From Candidatus Krumholzibacteriia bacterium (GTDB lineage: Bacteria; Krumholzibacteriota; Krumholzibacteriia; JAJRXK01), in the NCBI GenBank assembly GCA_041484665.1, contig JBGPIA010000004.1, positions 64,001 to 128,000 of the forward strand: 64,000 nucleotides of DNA. The letters are read 5' to 3'. The translations under genes and the position numbers were made by a program. The notes under the pieces are model-generated. The model had not been told where the DNA came from. It searched no databases and worked only from the letters and a program-made list of their open reading frames with translations. This document shows positions 1-9,302 of the stretch, piece after piece (positions within the stretch are counted from its first letter, which is position 1; every line of letters begins with the position of its first letter).

Positions 1-126
1 GCCCAGCAGGCGGCGCCACTCCTCGTCGAGGGACAGCACCAGGTCGAGGTCGACGGCTCCACGCTTGTCGAGGATGGCCTGGCGCACCCGGTCGGGGTGC
101 TCGCGGATCAGCTTGCGGTCGAGCAT
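1..126 (-). CDS. serS: Seryl-tRNA synthetase, N-terminal fragment (runs off window start)
   Basis: Not in ORF track; manual translation from ATG at 126 gives MLDRKLIREHPDRVRQAILDKRGAVDLDLVLSLDEEWRRLLG, the typical SerRS N-terminal arm; GGAGAG RBS upstream. Confidence 0.85.
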   Translation of the reverse strand, partial: MLDRKLIREHPDRVRQAILDKRGAVDLDLVLSLDEEWRRLLG

Positions 127-275
127 GCACGCCTCTCCAGGGGTTGCGCGCGCCCCGCGGGTGGCGTAAGAAGGAGGCGCTCCCGCGCGGCCGGCGCCTG
201 CGGTGGACGTTGAACCTAGTCGACGGTCCGTCGGCGCGGCAAGACCCGATCCCCGGAAGCTCCCGCGACCCGCTC

Positions 276-1007
276 GTGCCTGCCCCAGCCGATGCCTTCC
301 GCGAGGCGGATCCCCGCCACCGCCTGATCGTGGCCCTCGACGTCGCGGGCGAGGACGCGGCGCTGCGCCTGGCCGATCAGCTGCGGCCTGAGCTCTGCTA
401 CGTCAAGGTAGGCCTCGAGCTCTTCTCCGCCTGCGGGCCGGCGATCGTCCGCCGGCTGGCTGGCGCGGGCCTGCGGGTGTTCCTCGATCTGAAGTTGCAC
501 GACATCCCCGCCACGGTCGCCGGCGCGGCGGCTGCCGCGGAGCGCATGGGCGCGCGCATGTGCACGGTCCACGCCGGCGGCGGCGTTGCCGTCGCCGCCG
601 CGCTGGCCGGCGGTGCCACCACCGGCGCCATGGCCGTGCTGGCGGTCACCGTGCTCACCAGCCACGCCGAAGGGGAACTGCAACGACTGTACGGCACGCC
701 GCTGTCCACGGCGGAGCTGGTGCTGGCGCTGGCGCGGGCAGCCCTGGGACAGGGCGCCACGGGGCTGGTCGCCAGCGCGCACGAGCTGCCCGCGCTGCGC
801 GCCGCGAGCGGGCCGCGGCCGCTGCTGGTGATCCCCGGGATCAGGCCCAAGGGCGACGCGCAGGACGATCAGCAACGCACCGCCACGCCAGCGCGGGCGC
901 TGCGCGACGGCGCCGACTTCCTCGTCATCGGGCGCCCGATCACCCAGGCCAAGCTGCCGCGCGATGCGGCGCGGCGCATTCTGGACGAGATGAGCACAGC
1001 GGTGTAG
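276..1007 (+). CDS. pyrF: Orotidine-5'-phosphate decarboxylase
   Basis: LIVALD, KVGLELF, VFLDLKLHDIPATV (DxKxxD), PGIRP, VIGRPIT motifs; start uncertain (GTG 276 chosen, ORF open from 144). Confidence 0.95.
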   Translation: MPAPADAFREADPRHRLIVALDVAGEDAALRLADQLRPELCYVKVGLELFSACGPAIVRRLAGAGLRVFLDLKLHDIPATVAGAAAAAERMGARMCTVHAGGGVAVAAALAGGATTGAMAVLAVTVLTSHAEGELQRLYGTPLSTAELVLALARAALGQGATGLVASAHELPALRAASGPRPLLVIPGIRPKGDAQDDQQRTATPARALRDGADFLVIGRPITQAKLPRDAARRILDEMSTAV

Positions 1008-1087
1008 CGTGGGCAGCGCCGCGCGGCCGCGCGCGGCACCGTCCTCTACCGCCGCGCGAGGCCTGCTTGAGGGACGCCAGCGAGGGC

Positions 1088-1675
1088 ATGCAGCCCGTCC
1101 TCACACCCGCCGAGGTCGCCCAGCGGCTGCAGGAGCTGGGCGCCGTGCTGCAGGGGCATTTCCGCCTGAGCAGCGGGCTGCACAGCGACCGCTACTTCCA
1201 GTGCGCGCGTGTCCTGCAATATCCCGAGCTCGCGCGCGAGCTCGGCCGCCTGCTCGCCGAGCGCTTCAACGAGCTCGAGATCGACTTCGTCCTGTCCCCC
1301 GCCGTGGGCGGCGTGCTGCTGGGGCACGAGGTCGCGCGCGCGCTGGGCCGCCGTCACATCTTCTGCGAGCGCCGCGAGGACGCCCTGGTACTGCGGCGCG
1401 GCTTCGAAGTCCTCAAGGGCGAGACGGCGCTACTCGTGGACGACGTGCTCACGCGGGGAACCTCCTGCCACGAGATGACCGACCTGCTGGCGTCGCACCA
1501 GGCCACGGCCTGTGGCCTCGGCGTGATCGTTGACCGCCGCGACGCCGACGTGCGCCTCGACCTGCGGGTGGAGTCGCTGGTGACGGTCCCGGTAGCGGTG
1601 CATCCGCCGCAGGCATGCCCCCTCTGCGCGGCGGGGGTCCCCCTGGACTCGCCCGGCAGCCGCCACGCGCGCTGA
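1088..1675 (+). CDS. pyrE: Orotate phosphoribosyltransferase
   Basis: GHFRLSSGLHSDRYFQC, PRPP motif LLVDDVLTRG, C-terminal CPLC; follows pyrF; ATG 1088 after GAGGG. Confidence 0.93.
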   Translation: MQPVLTPAEVAQRLQELGAVLQGHFRLSSGLHSDRYFQCARVLQYPELARELGRLLAERFNELEIDFVLSPAVGGVLLGHEVARALGRRHIFCERREDALVLRRGFEVLKGETALLVDDVLTRGTSCHEMTDLLASHQATACGLGVIVDRRDADVRLDLRVESLVTVPVAVHPPQACPLCAAGVPLDSPGSRHAR

Positions 1676-1676
1676 T

Positions 1677-3200
1677 GTGAGCGGCTCGTTCTCGCGCACG
1701 CTGCTGAGCGCAGCGCTGCTGACGCTCCTGCTCTCCGCCGTCTGGTCGCTGCGCACCGCGCCGGCACCCAACTCCGACCGCTACGACTATGCCGGACGCG
1801 CCCTACAAGCGGTGCGGGGCGAAGGACTGCGGCCGCTGGTGGTATACCCCGTACAGCTCGCCGCGCCCGGCGGCGAGCACTGGCCCGTGCGCAATGTCTC
1901 GCGTCCCCCGGCGTGGCCGGCGGCGCTGGTGCCGCTGGTGCGCGCAGGGCTCAGCGACCGCGCGGGCGTGGTGCTGGCGGCCATCTGCGCGGTGGTGTTG
2001 CTGCTGTTGCTGGCACTGGTGGGCGACCGCACGTTCGGGCCCGGCGCCGGCGGGATGGCGGCGCTGGCGCTCGCCAGCAGCTTCGCCGCCACGCGCGCGC
2101 TGTGGGGGGGTGGTCCAGAGCTGGCCCTGTCGCTGCTCACCTACGTGCTGTGGACCTGGAGCCCGCGCGGGCAGGGGCGGCTGGCCCATCTCGCGTGCGG
2201 GACGCTCTACGGGATGCTCCCTCTCTTGCACCCCATCGGCTGGCTGCTGGGACTTCTGGCCCTGCTTGCGCGCGGCGACCGTTACGATCGTGGCGCCTGG
2301 GCGCTGCTCGGCGCGGGCGCCACGCTGATCGCGATCCCTTGGCACGTGCACAGTTGGGCGGTGTGCGGGTCACCTCACTTCTACGTCCAGACATGGGCCG
2401 AGCTCGCCAAGTCCGTGGACGATCCTGCGGGCTTTGGCCCCTACCGCGGGCTGACGCCCGCCTCGACGCTCGCCGTGCTGGGAGCGGAGCCCGGACGCGT
2501 GGCGCGCGCCGCGCTGCACAATGCGGTGCAGCTGGTCACCCACCTCGATGGCTGGCTGGCGTGGCCGCTGCTCGCGCTGGCGCTCCTGGGAGCGCGCGAG
2601 TCCCGCGCGGCCGCGCTGCGCGACCTGGTCCTGATCGCGGCCGCGCTGCTGCTGCTTGCGCCGTGGACGCGCGAGGAGCGTCTGCTCGTGCCCCTGCTGC
2701 CGGTCGCGAGCACATGGGTTGGCGCGGGGCTGGCCGGCGTGGCGCCACGCCGCCGGCCGCGCTGGTGGGCGTGGGGTGCGATCGCCGTGGCGGCCGCGCC
2801 CTGGATCCTGCCGCTGGGATCGACGCTGCGCCCCGGCGCGGAGCTGCGCGGCCTGCCCGCGAGCGTGCGCCATCCGCCGGCGCGGCTCATCCAGGAGGTG
2901 CGCGACGCGGCCGAGCCGGCCTTCCCGTTCTTCACCGACTCGGCGGTGCTGGCCTGGAACGCAAGGCGCCCAGCGATCTTCCTGCCCGACCGGCCGTCCA
3001 CGCTCGAGGCGATTCGCCGGCGGCCGGGATTGCGTGGAGTGCGGCTGCTGGCTCTCACCCAGGGCCCATCCAGCCACTGGACCGCTCCAGCGCAGGCTCA
3101 GTGGGACACGCTTACGGCACGGGCGCAGGCCGTGGTGCGGCTGCAGGAGGGCGGGGTGCTGCTGCACCTTCCGCCTGTGGCCTTGGATCCCGCTCCCTAG
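1677..3200 (+). CDS. Polytopic membrane protein, GT-C (ArnT/PMT-like) glycosyltransferase-like
   Basis: N-terminal TM followed by SDRYDY, RPPAWP motif, many TM segments, ERLLVPLLP; starts 1 nt after pyrE stop. Confidence 0.55.
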   Translation: MSGSFSRTLLSAALLTLLLSAVWSLRTAPAPNSDRYDYAGRALQAVRGEGLRPLVVYPVQLAAPGGEHWPVRNVSRPPAWPAALVPLVRAGLSDRAGVVLAAICAVVLLLLLALVGDRTFGPGAGGMAALALASSFAATRALWGGGPELALSLLTYVLWTWSPRGQGRLAHLACGTLYGMLPLLHPIGWLLGLLALLARGDRYDRGAWALLGAGATLIAIPWHVHSWAVCGSPHFYVQTWAELAKSVDDPAGFGPYRGLTPASTLAVLGAEPGRVARAALHNAVQLVTHLDGWLAWPLLALALLGARESRAAALRDLVLIAAALLLLAPWTREERLLVPLLPVASTWVGAGLAGVAPRRRPRWWAWGAIAVAAAPWILPLGSTLRPGAELRGLPASVRHPPARLIQEVRDAAEPAFPFFTDSAVLAWNARRPAIFLPDRPSTLEAIRRRPGLRGVRLLALTQGPSSHWTAPAQAQWDTLTARAQAVVRLQEGGVLLHLPPVALDPAP

Positions 3201-3273
3201 ACGCTGCGCAGGTCCCCGTGGCCCCCGCCCACGCTTCGCGCGTACTGTAGACGCGCCATCCCAGAGCGCCGCC

Positions 3274-4176
3274 ATGAAGACCGCCGATCTGCTCGACCTC
3301 CTGCGCATCCCCAATGTCACCACCGCCGCCAGCGACGTCATGGCGGCCGGCGCACTGGTGGCCGCTACGGGCCCGGTGCCGGCGGCGGCCTGGGCGCGTT
3401 GGGCGGCGGCGCTGCTGGGTAGCGCCGCGCTGTACTGTGCCGGCATGGCTCTCAACGACGTGGCGGATGCACCACTCGACCGCGCCCAGCGCCCGACGCG
3501 TCCCATCCCCTCCGGGCGGATCGCTCGGGCGACCGCGACGAGGGTGGCCATGGGCCTGTTGGCCGCGGGGCTGCTGCTCGTCGCGCTGGCCGGCCGGCCG
3601 GCGTTCGCCGCCGGGTTGCTGCTGGCCTGCGCGATCGTGCTCTACGATCTGGTGCTCAGCGGTCGCCCGCTGGCGGGGCCGTTGGGGATGGCAGCCTGCC
3701 GTGGCCTCAACATGCTGATGGGGCTGCTCGCGCTGGGTGGCGCTCCGCCGGCCGGGCTCGCCGCGATCGCGATCCTGGTCGTCTACCTGCTCGGTCTCAC
3801 GCACTTGAGCCTGGGCGAAGTGGAGGGCTCGCCGCGCGCGGCCGTGCGCTCGGCCGTGGCGAGCACACTGCTGGCCGCCGTGGCGATCGTGGCCATCGCA
3901 TTCTGGATGCGCGCTGCGCGGCCGTGGGCCGGCTGGGTCGCCCTGGGCGCGTGCCTGCTGCTGTGGCTGGCGCGCCCGCTGCGGCGCCTGGCCGCCGCGG
4001 CGGTATGCCCGCAGGGCAGCGTGGTCGGACCGGCCGTGGGCGCGTTGGTGAGCGGCATCCTGTGGCTGGACGCTTCGCTTGCCGCTGCCGCGTCATGCTC
4101 CTGGGCTTGGCTGGCGGCCTTCGCGGCGCTGGGGATCGCGCAGGAGCTCCTGCGGCGGTCCTTCCGCGTCACGTGA
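3274..4176 (+). CDS. UbiA-family prenyltransferase, EboC-like
   Basis: LLRIPNVTTAASD, GMALNDVADAPLDRAQRPTRPIPSGRI (NDxxD motif), YD, MAACRGLN; multiple TM. Confidence 0.85.
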   Translation: MKTADLLDLLRIPNVTTAASDVMAAGALVAATGPVPAAAWARWAAALLGSAALYCAGMALNDVADAPLDRAQRPTRPIPSGRIARATATRVAMGLLAAGLLLVALAGRPAFAAGLLLACAIVLYDLVLSGRPLAGPLGMAACRGLNMLMGLLALGGAPPAGLAAIAILVVYLLGLTHLSLGEVEGSPRAAVRSAVASTLLAAVAIVAIAFWMRAARPWAGWVALGACLLLWLARPLRRLAAAAVCPQGSVVGPAVGALVSGILWLDASLAAAASCSWAWLAAFAALGIAQELLRRSFRVT

Positions 4177-4221
4177 GCGCGGGCGCGCGAGCGGGCCGCG
4201 GCTGTCTGAGGCGATGAGGCG

Positions 4222-5286
4222 ATGATGCACTGCCTGCTCGTGTTCGTCCCAGGTCTGGCGCGACGCATGGCCGGCCCCGCCCTCATGCCACGTACGTGGC
4301 AGTGGCTGCACGGCGCTGCCGTCGCCAATCTGGCGGTCTCCTTTCCTTGCCTACCGGCGGTCGTGCGCGCCACCGTGCTGACGGGGCAGCGTCCGGCGCG
4401 TCATGGCGTGCTCGGCACTCGCTCCCTGCCGCCCTCGCCGTCGGCACCGTCCTGGACGGCGCCAGCGCCGCAGGGTGCCGCGTCCCCGCTGTGGCTGGCG
4501 CAGCGCCTGGCGCTTGCGCGCCCGCAGGCACGCCTTTGCGAGCTGGGCGCTTCGGTCGAGTGCGCGCCCGCGCACGACGGCGCGGTGTCGGCGCAAGACG
4601 CCGCGCTGATCGACGCGCGCCACGTCGACCACGTGCGGCGAGCGTGGGGGCGCGAGGCACCGCAGCTCCTGGTGCTGTCGCTGCGCTCGCTCGCCGCCGC
4701 GCTGCGCGCGGCGCCCCCGGACAGCACGCCTGTGCGCGAGGCGGCGAGCGCGTTGGACGTCACGCTGGATGGTCTGTTCGGGGCGCGTCCGCGCGGAACG
4801 GCCGCGATGCTGTGCGCGGCGCCGGGCTTCGGCGCGGTCGCGCGCCGGGTCAAGTGGCCGCAAACCGTGCGCGGCGTGGTGGAGGGGTGCAGCGTCGTCG
4901 AAGGCCCGCTGGCGCGCCTGCGTCCGCCCGCGGGCGCGCGCGAGCTTCTGCGCCGGGAGCTGCTGCTCACCCCGGGCATCGAGCGGATCCTCGAGGAAGA
5001 CGCGCTCGCGAGCTGGGGGATCGACCATCCGCAGGCCGGAGACTTGGTCGTGCTCGCCGAGCCCGACGCCATTCTCGAGGAGGGTCGGCCCGCGGACGCG
5101 CTCCCCAGGAGCGCGGCGGGACACCCCGACCCGTGCGCGGCGGGCGAGCCCTGGGCGGCATGGCTCGCCGACGGAGTAGCGGCGGCCTGGCCCGAGCAGG
5201 TGCACGACTACCGGCTGGGAGCAACGCTGGTCGCGGCGCTGGGGCTTCCCCTGACGTCGCTCGCCGACCAGCCGCTGCCGCTGTGA
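4222..5286 (+). CDS. Alkaline phosphatase / nucleotide pyrophosphatase superfamily protein, EboF-like, apparently degenerate
   Basis: ATVLTGQRPARHGVLG and GIDHPQAGDLVVLAEP resemble NPP/EboF; catalytic Thr and metal ligands appear absent. Confidence 0.6.
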   Translation: MMHCLLVFVPGLARRMAGPALMPRTWQWLHGAAVANLAVSFPCLPAVVRATVLTGQRPARHGVLGTRSLPPSPSAPSWTAPAPQGAASPLWLAQRLALARPQARLCELGASVECAPAHDGAVSAQDAALIDARHVDHVRRAWGREAPQLLVLSLRSLAAALRAAPPDSTPVREAASALDVTLDGLFGARPRGTAAMLCAAPGFGAVARRVKWPQTVRGVVEGCSVVEGPLARLRPPAGARELLRRELLLTPGIERILEEDALASWGIDHPQAGDLVVLAEPDAILEEGRPADALPRSAAGHPDPCAAGEPWAAWLADGVAAAWPEQVHDYRLGATLVAALGLPLTSLADQPLPL

Positions 5287-5311
5287 TCCGCCGCGGCGGC
5301 GCCTCCGCGCG

Positions 5312-5590
5312 TCAGCGGAACGCCAGCCCGATCAGCCCCCCCAGCAGCAGCAGGGGGAGCCCCAGGATCAGTAGCACCACGAGCAGCGGCAGCGCCAGGG
5401 ACAAGAGCGGCGCGAGCACCGCGATCGCCAGCGCCACGGCCACCAGCCCCACGACGAGCTTCAGCAGCACCAACCCCAGTTTGAAGGGAAGCAGCAAGAG
5501 CCACAGCAGCAGCTTGAGCAGCATCAGGCCGGCGACCACCACGCCGCCGATCACGACCACTGTCAGGAGGATTCCCAGAGGCTCCAGCAT
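5312..5590 (-). CDS. Small hydrophobic membrane protein (92 aa)
   Basis: AAGGAG RBS, ATG start, almost entirely hydrophobic; ECF-like promoter upstream. Confidence 0.75.
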   Translation of the reverse strand: MLEPLGILLTVVVIGGVVVAGLMLLKLLLWLLLLPFKLGLVLLKLVVGLVAVALAIAVLAPLLSLALPLLVVLLILGLPLLLLGGLIGLAFR

Positions 5591-5646
5591 GGCAGCTCCT
5601 TATGGTCCCGCGCGGCTCGGTCGCGCCCGCGTGGATCGCTCGTTTC

Positions 5647-5673
5647 TACGCGATCGGGGCCACGGGGGTTACA
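5647..5673 (-). promoter_or_regulatory. Putative ECF-sigma promoter TGTAAC-N17-CGTA
   Basis: Minus strand reads TGTAAC CCCCGTGGCCCCGATCG CGTA about 57 nt upstream of the small membrane gene; resembles SigW/SigX-type consensus. Confidence 0.5.
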
Positions 5674-5724
5674 CCCACTCCCCCCGCCGACACGGGCGTG
5701 CGCGCGCGCGGCCTCGTGCACGCC

Positions 5725-7317
5725 TCAGGGCGCCGCGCCCGCGGCGCCGCCTCCCGCGGGCCACGTCAGTTGCAACGTCCACCCACCGACCGGTGTGAAG
5801 CGGACGGCGGGATCGCGGCGCAGCGCGCGGGCGACCTCGTCATGCCACGTGCGCAACTTTGCGCGGCCCTCGAAGGCTGCCACAGGGTCCGCGGCAACGT
5901 CCGCGGCTGGCGCGCTGCCGGGGATCGGATCGGTGCCGCCCGCCACCGTCGCGCCAGGGCCCGGTGCAGCGAGCGCCTCCTCCAGCCGCAGGTCCATCCA
6001 CCGCCCTCGCGCGCCGGCCCGCGGCGGGCGGATCTCCCAGCGCCGTTGTCCCGTGCCCGGCTCCCAACACCACACCTCCCAGGTGCGCGCCTGCGGGTGC
6101 GCCTCCGGCGGAAGCCACACCGGAGCCACCCATGCCGCGTCCGGCGCAGGCCACACCAGCGGTCGCGCGGGACCGGCGCCGCCGCGCAGATCGTAGACCG
6201 TCCACGTGCGCGCCGGCGCGGACGGGAACAGCTCGCGCAGGCGCAGTCGTGGGTGCAGGCGTGCTGCCGTCACGGGCGCGCCCAACGCCAACCAGGCTGC
6301 CGCCGCCGCGGCCAGCAGTAAGAGCGCGGCGCGGGGACCGCGACGTACGAGACCCCGTGCGGCGCCGGGCGCAGCGCCAGCGGTGCCCGCCGCAACGAGC
6401 GGGCGCAGCGCCAGCGGCAGCGCGAGCGTACCGGCGGCCAGCGCGGCGAGCGCCGGCCAGGCTGGCCACCGCAGCGGCGCGACCGCGGCCAGCGCGCCCG
6501 CGAGCGCCAGGTCCAACGTCAGGCCGCCCGTTGGGGGCTCGACCGGCACGCTCCAAGCAGGACCGTCGCGCGGCCCCAACGGCCGCCCGTAGCGAGCGGC
6601 CCACTGCTCCAGCGCGCAGGAGACGGCCGCCGACAGTCGCGGCGGGGCGTCGGCGGCCCAGGCGATCCGCTGCACGTCGTGGTAGGCCGCCACGCGCGCG
6701 GAGAGCGCGGGTGCGGGCAAACGAATCCAGGTGATCTCGCCCGGCCCGCCATCGCGCGCCGCGTCCGCCGGCCCCTCCTCCAGCACCCGGCGCACGCCGT
6801 GTTCGCCGCCCACGAACAAGGCGACCCGCGCGTACGGCGGCAGCGCCGTCAGCGGGCGATCGACGCTCGCCCACGACTCGCCCGCTGCGTCCTGCAAGGT
6901 CGCGGTGACCAGCACGTCCTGAGAGTGCAGCGGGAGCGCCGCGTCGACGATCTGCGGCGTGCCGGGCAGCAGCGAGAGAGGCAGCACGAGCGTCCAGGCC
7001 ACCGGCCCGCCCTTGGGGGTGAGGCGCAGCGTCCACGGCTGCGCCGACACGCCCACCGCGGCGTCGTCGGGCAGCCGCACGACCGCCCGCACGGGCACCA
7101 CGCCTCCACGCACGGCCAACCCGTCCCAGCCCACCTGCAGGGAGAGATAGACGTCCGCCTGCGCCGGCTCGGGCGCCAGCGCGGCGGACACGCCGACGGA
7201 GAAGATGCCCGCGGCGGAGACGCCTGCGGCGAGCGAACACCAGGCGATCGCTGCAGCGACCGCGGCGGCCGCCGCGCGGCGCGCGCGACGCGGGCTACTG
7301 CTTCTTGCCGTCCCCAT
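5725..7317 (-). CDS. Hypothetical exported/membrane protein
   Basis: Signal-like N-terminus, beta-rich segment (GGVVPVRAVVRL), two internal TM segments; overlaps end of upstream gene. Confidence 0.6.
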   Translation of the reverse strand: MGTARSSSPRRARRAAAAAVAAAIAWCSLAAGVSAAGIFSVGVSAALAPEPAQADVYLSLQVGWDGLAVRGGVVPVRAVVRLPDDAAVGVSAQPWTLRLTPKGGPVAWTLVLPLSLLPGTPQIVDAALPLHSQDVLVTATLQDAAGESWASVDRPLTALPPYARVALFVGGEHGVRRVLEEGPADAARDGGPGEITWIRLPAPALSARVAAYHDVQRIAWAADAPPRLSAAVSCALEQWAARYGRPLGPRDGPAWSVPVEPPTGGLTLDLALAGALAAVAPLRWPAWPALAALAAGTLALPLALRPLVAAGTAGAAPGAARGLVRRGPRAALLLLAAAAAAWLALGAPVTAARLHPRLRLRELFPSAPARTWTVYDLRGGAGPARPLVWPAPDAAWVAPVWLPPEAHPQARTWEVWCWEPGTGQRRWEIRPPRAGARGRWMDLRLEEALAAPGPGATVAGGTDPIPGSAPAADVAADPVAAFEGRAKLRTWHDEVARALRRDPAVRFTPVGGWTLQLTWPAGGGAAGAAP

Positions 7318-8425
7318 CGCCGGCCTCGAGGGCCAGGACGGCGAACGCCGTCACGAGGCTGGGATCGCGCTCCCACCAGCGATCGTTGTCATTGACCCAG
7401 TAACCATCGGGCTTTTGCAGCGACGCGAGCTTGGTGACGAGCTCGGCGTACCAGTCGTGGGAGACGCCCTTCTCGTCGACGAAGGAGACGTCGCCAAGCG
7501 CCGCCAGGGCCTTGGCCATCGTGTGGTAGTAGTAGAAGAGCCCCTGCGTGCCCATACCCGGATTGTCGTCGACGGAATAATGCGACTTCAGCCAGCGCAC
7601 CGCCGCCTGCACCCGCGGGTCGTTCTTGTCCACGCCGGCGTAGAGGAAGCTCTTGAGCCCCGCGTAGGTCATGCTCCCGTAGCTGCGCCCGCCCGGCACC
7701 ATACTGTGCTCGGGGTCGGGCAGGTAGATGAACCCGCCGTCATTGCCCGCCCATGGCTGGTCGTTGGTCTCGCTGTAGTTCTGGCAGCGCTGCAGGAACA
7801 CGATGGCTTTCTGCCACATGGGATCGCTGCGGTCGTTGCTGGTCTCGGCCATGGCCTGCAGGGCCAGCTGCAGATTGCTCAGGTCGGGCCGCTCGTCGTT
7901 GCCGTAGCCGATCCCGCCGTAGAACTTGTCCTGCTTGCCGTACCCATCGCCCTCATCGGCCTGCTCCTTCGTGAGGAAGGTGCGCCCCTTCTGGATGGCG
8001 GCATCGTACTGCGCGTTGCCCGTGGCCTTCAGCGCCATGAGCGCCACGGCCGTGGTGTACACCGCCAGGTCTCCCTTGCTGATGCTGCCGTCCTCCTTCT
8101 GCAGGGACAGCAGATAGCTCACCGCGTGGCGGATAAAGGGACCGTCGGTCTCCCGGTACGCCCGTGGGCTGCGGCAGTAGGCTGTGAGCACCAGCGCCGT
8201 GACGCCGGGGTGGTCCGACCAGGAGCCGTCCTCGGCCTGCTTCGTGCGCAGCCACTTCAGACCCCGGTCGATGCTGTCCTTGGCCACGGCGCGCGGATCC
8301 TTGTCGGCGCTGCGCGCGGGCGGCGCCGCTGCCGGAAAAGCGAAGGCGCACGCGACGGCGAGTGCGAGCAGCGCGGCTCGGTGGGGCGCGCGGCGGCGCC
8401 CTGAGCCAGCGATGGAGCACATCAT
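7295..8425 (-). CDS. Secreted prenyltransferase/squalene-oxidase-repeat (QW-repeat alpha-barrel) protein
   Basis: Signal peptide; repeats LRTKQAEDGSW, LLSLQKEDGSI, LQRCQ, LASLQKPDGYW; YGSMTYAGL; strong RBS; no DXDD motif. Confidence 0.85.
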   Translation of the reverse strand: MMCSIAGSGRRRAPHRAALLALAVACAFAFPAAAPPARSADKDPRAVAKDSIDRGLKWLRTKQAEDGSWSDHPGVTALVLTAYCRSPRAYRETDGPFIRHAVSYLLSLQKEDGSISKGDLAVYTTAVALMALKATGNAQYDAAIQKGRTFLTKEQADEGDGYGKQDKFYGGIGYGNDERPDLSNLQLALQAMAETSNDRSDPMWQKAIVFLQRCQNYSETNDQPWAGNDGGFIYLPDPEHSMVPGGRSYGSMTYAGLKSFLYAGVDKNDPRVQAAVRWLKSHYSVDDNPGMGTQGLFYYYHTMAKALAALGDVSFVDEKGVSHDWYAELVTKLASLQKPDGYWVNDNDRWWERDPSLVTAFAVLALEAGDGDGKKQ

Positions 8426-8479
8426 GATCTCCTCTCCTTCGATGCGATCGATAGCGTCATGGTCGATCCAACTGGAGCG

Positions 8480-9301
8480 TCAGGCGGCGCGGTAGCGTCC
8501 CCAAGGGGGCAGTGCCCACGCCAGGAGCACGCCCAACAGCGGCAGCAACGCCGCCACCGCAGCAGGTGGATACTCGAATCGGGATAGACCCAGCGCGGAG
8601 CCGCCGTACCAGAGGCCGTGACGCAGGAGGTCCTGTCCGGCTGCGGTCGCGGCGGCGAGCACGGGGTTGAGCAGGATCAATGCCGGGGCGTAGGCGCGGC
8701 TGGGCAGGACCAAGTCGAGGGCCGGCGGGGCCCAGAACGCGCTGGTCATGAGCAGAGCGAGCGCGCCGAACAAGAGCGCCACCGCCGCGCGCGCGGCGCC
8801 CAGGCGCTCCTGCAGCCATAGGCGCACGGCGCCCAGGCCCAGGCCGAGGGAGAGCGCGTGGAGGTGCAGCCACATAATCGAAGCGGGGCGCGCCGGAGTG
8901 CTTGGCCCCACCAGCAGCCACAGTGCCGCGGCCGCGCTGAGCGGCGGCGCGAGGTCGCCAGCCAGCGCGGCGACGGCGCCGGCGAGGATGCGGCGTCCGG
9001 CACCGGGGATCAGGCAGGCCTGCTCCATCACGCCGACAGCGCGGCGGCGGGGCTGGTCCACGCGCGACAGCAGCAGCACGTATGCGCTGACGCCGGCCAC
9101 CAGAGCCCCCAGATACGCGGCGAACAGCGCCGTCCACCACCAGCGCGCAGCGGGCGCGCCCCGCGCGCTGAGCGCGTCGGCCGCCAGCAGCAACCACAGC
9201 AGCGCGACCACGCCCAAGACACCGGCGGCGCGCGCGATCCTGCGCGTCACGCGCGCGGTCGGGCCCGCCGTCGGGCTGGCTGCAAGGTCGAAGCGTCCCA
9301 C
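8480..9301 (-). CDS. Hypothetical polytopic membrane protein
   Basis: About 6 hydrophobic segments, LNPV motif; starts 1 nt after stop of YdjY-like gene. Confidence 0.6.
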   Translation of the reverse strand: MGRFDLAASPTAGPTARVTRRIARAAGVLGVVALLWLLLAADALSARGAPAARWWWTALFAAYLGALVAGVSAYVLLLSRVDQPRRRAVGVMEQACLIPGAGRRILAGAVAALAGDLAPPLSAAAALWLLVGPSTPARPASIMWLHLHALSLGLGLGAVRLWLQERLGAARAAVALLFGALALLMTSAFWAPPALDLVLPSRAYAPALILLNPVLAAATAAGQDLLRHGLWYGGSALGLSRFEYPPAAVAALLPLLGVLLAWALPPWGRYRAA

Positions 9302-9302
9302 C

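Noticed and set aside
7295..8425. Squalene-hopene cyclase
   Set aside because: Too short, single barrel, has a signal peptide, no DXDD motif
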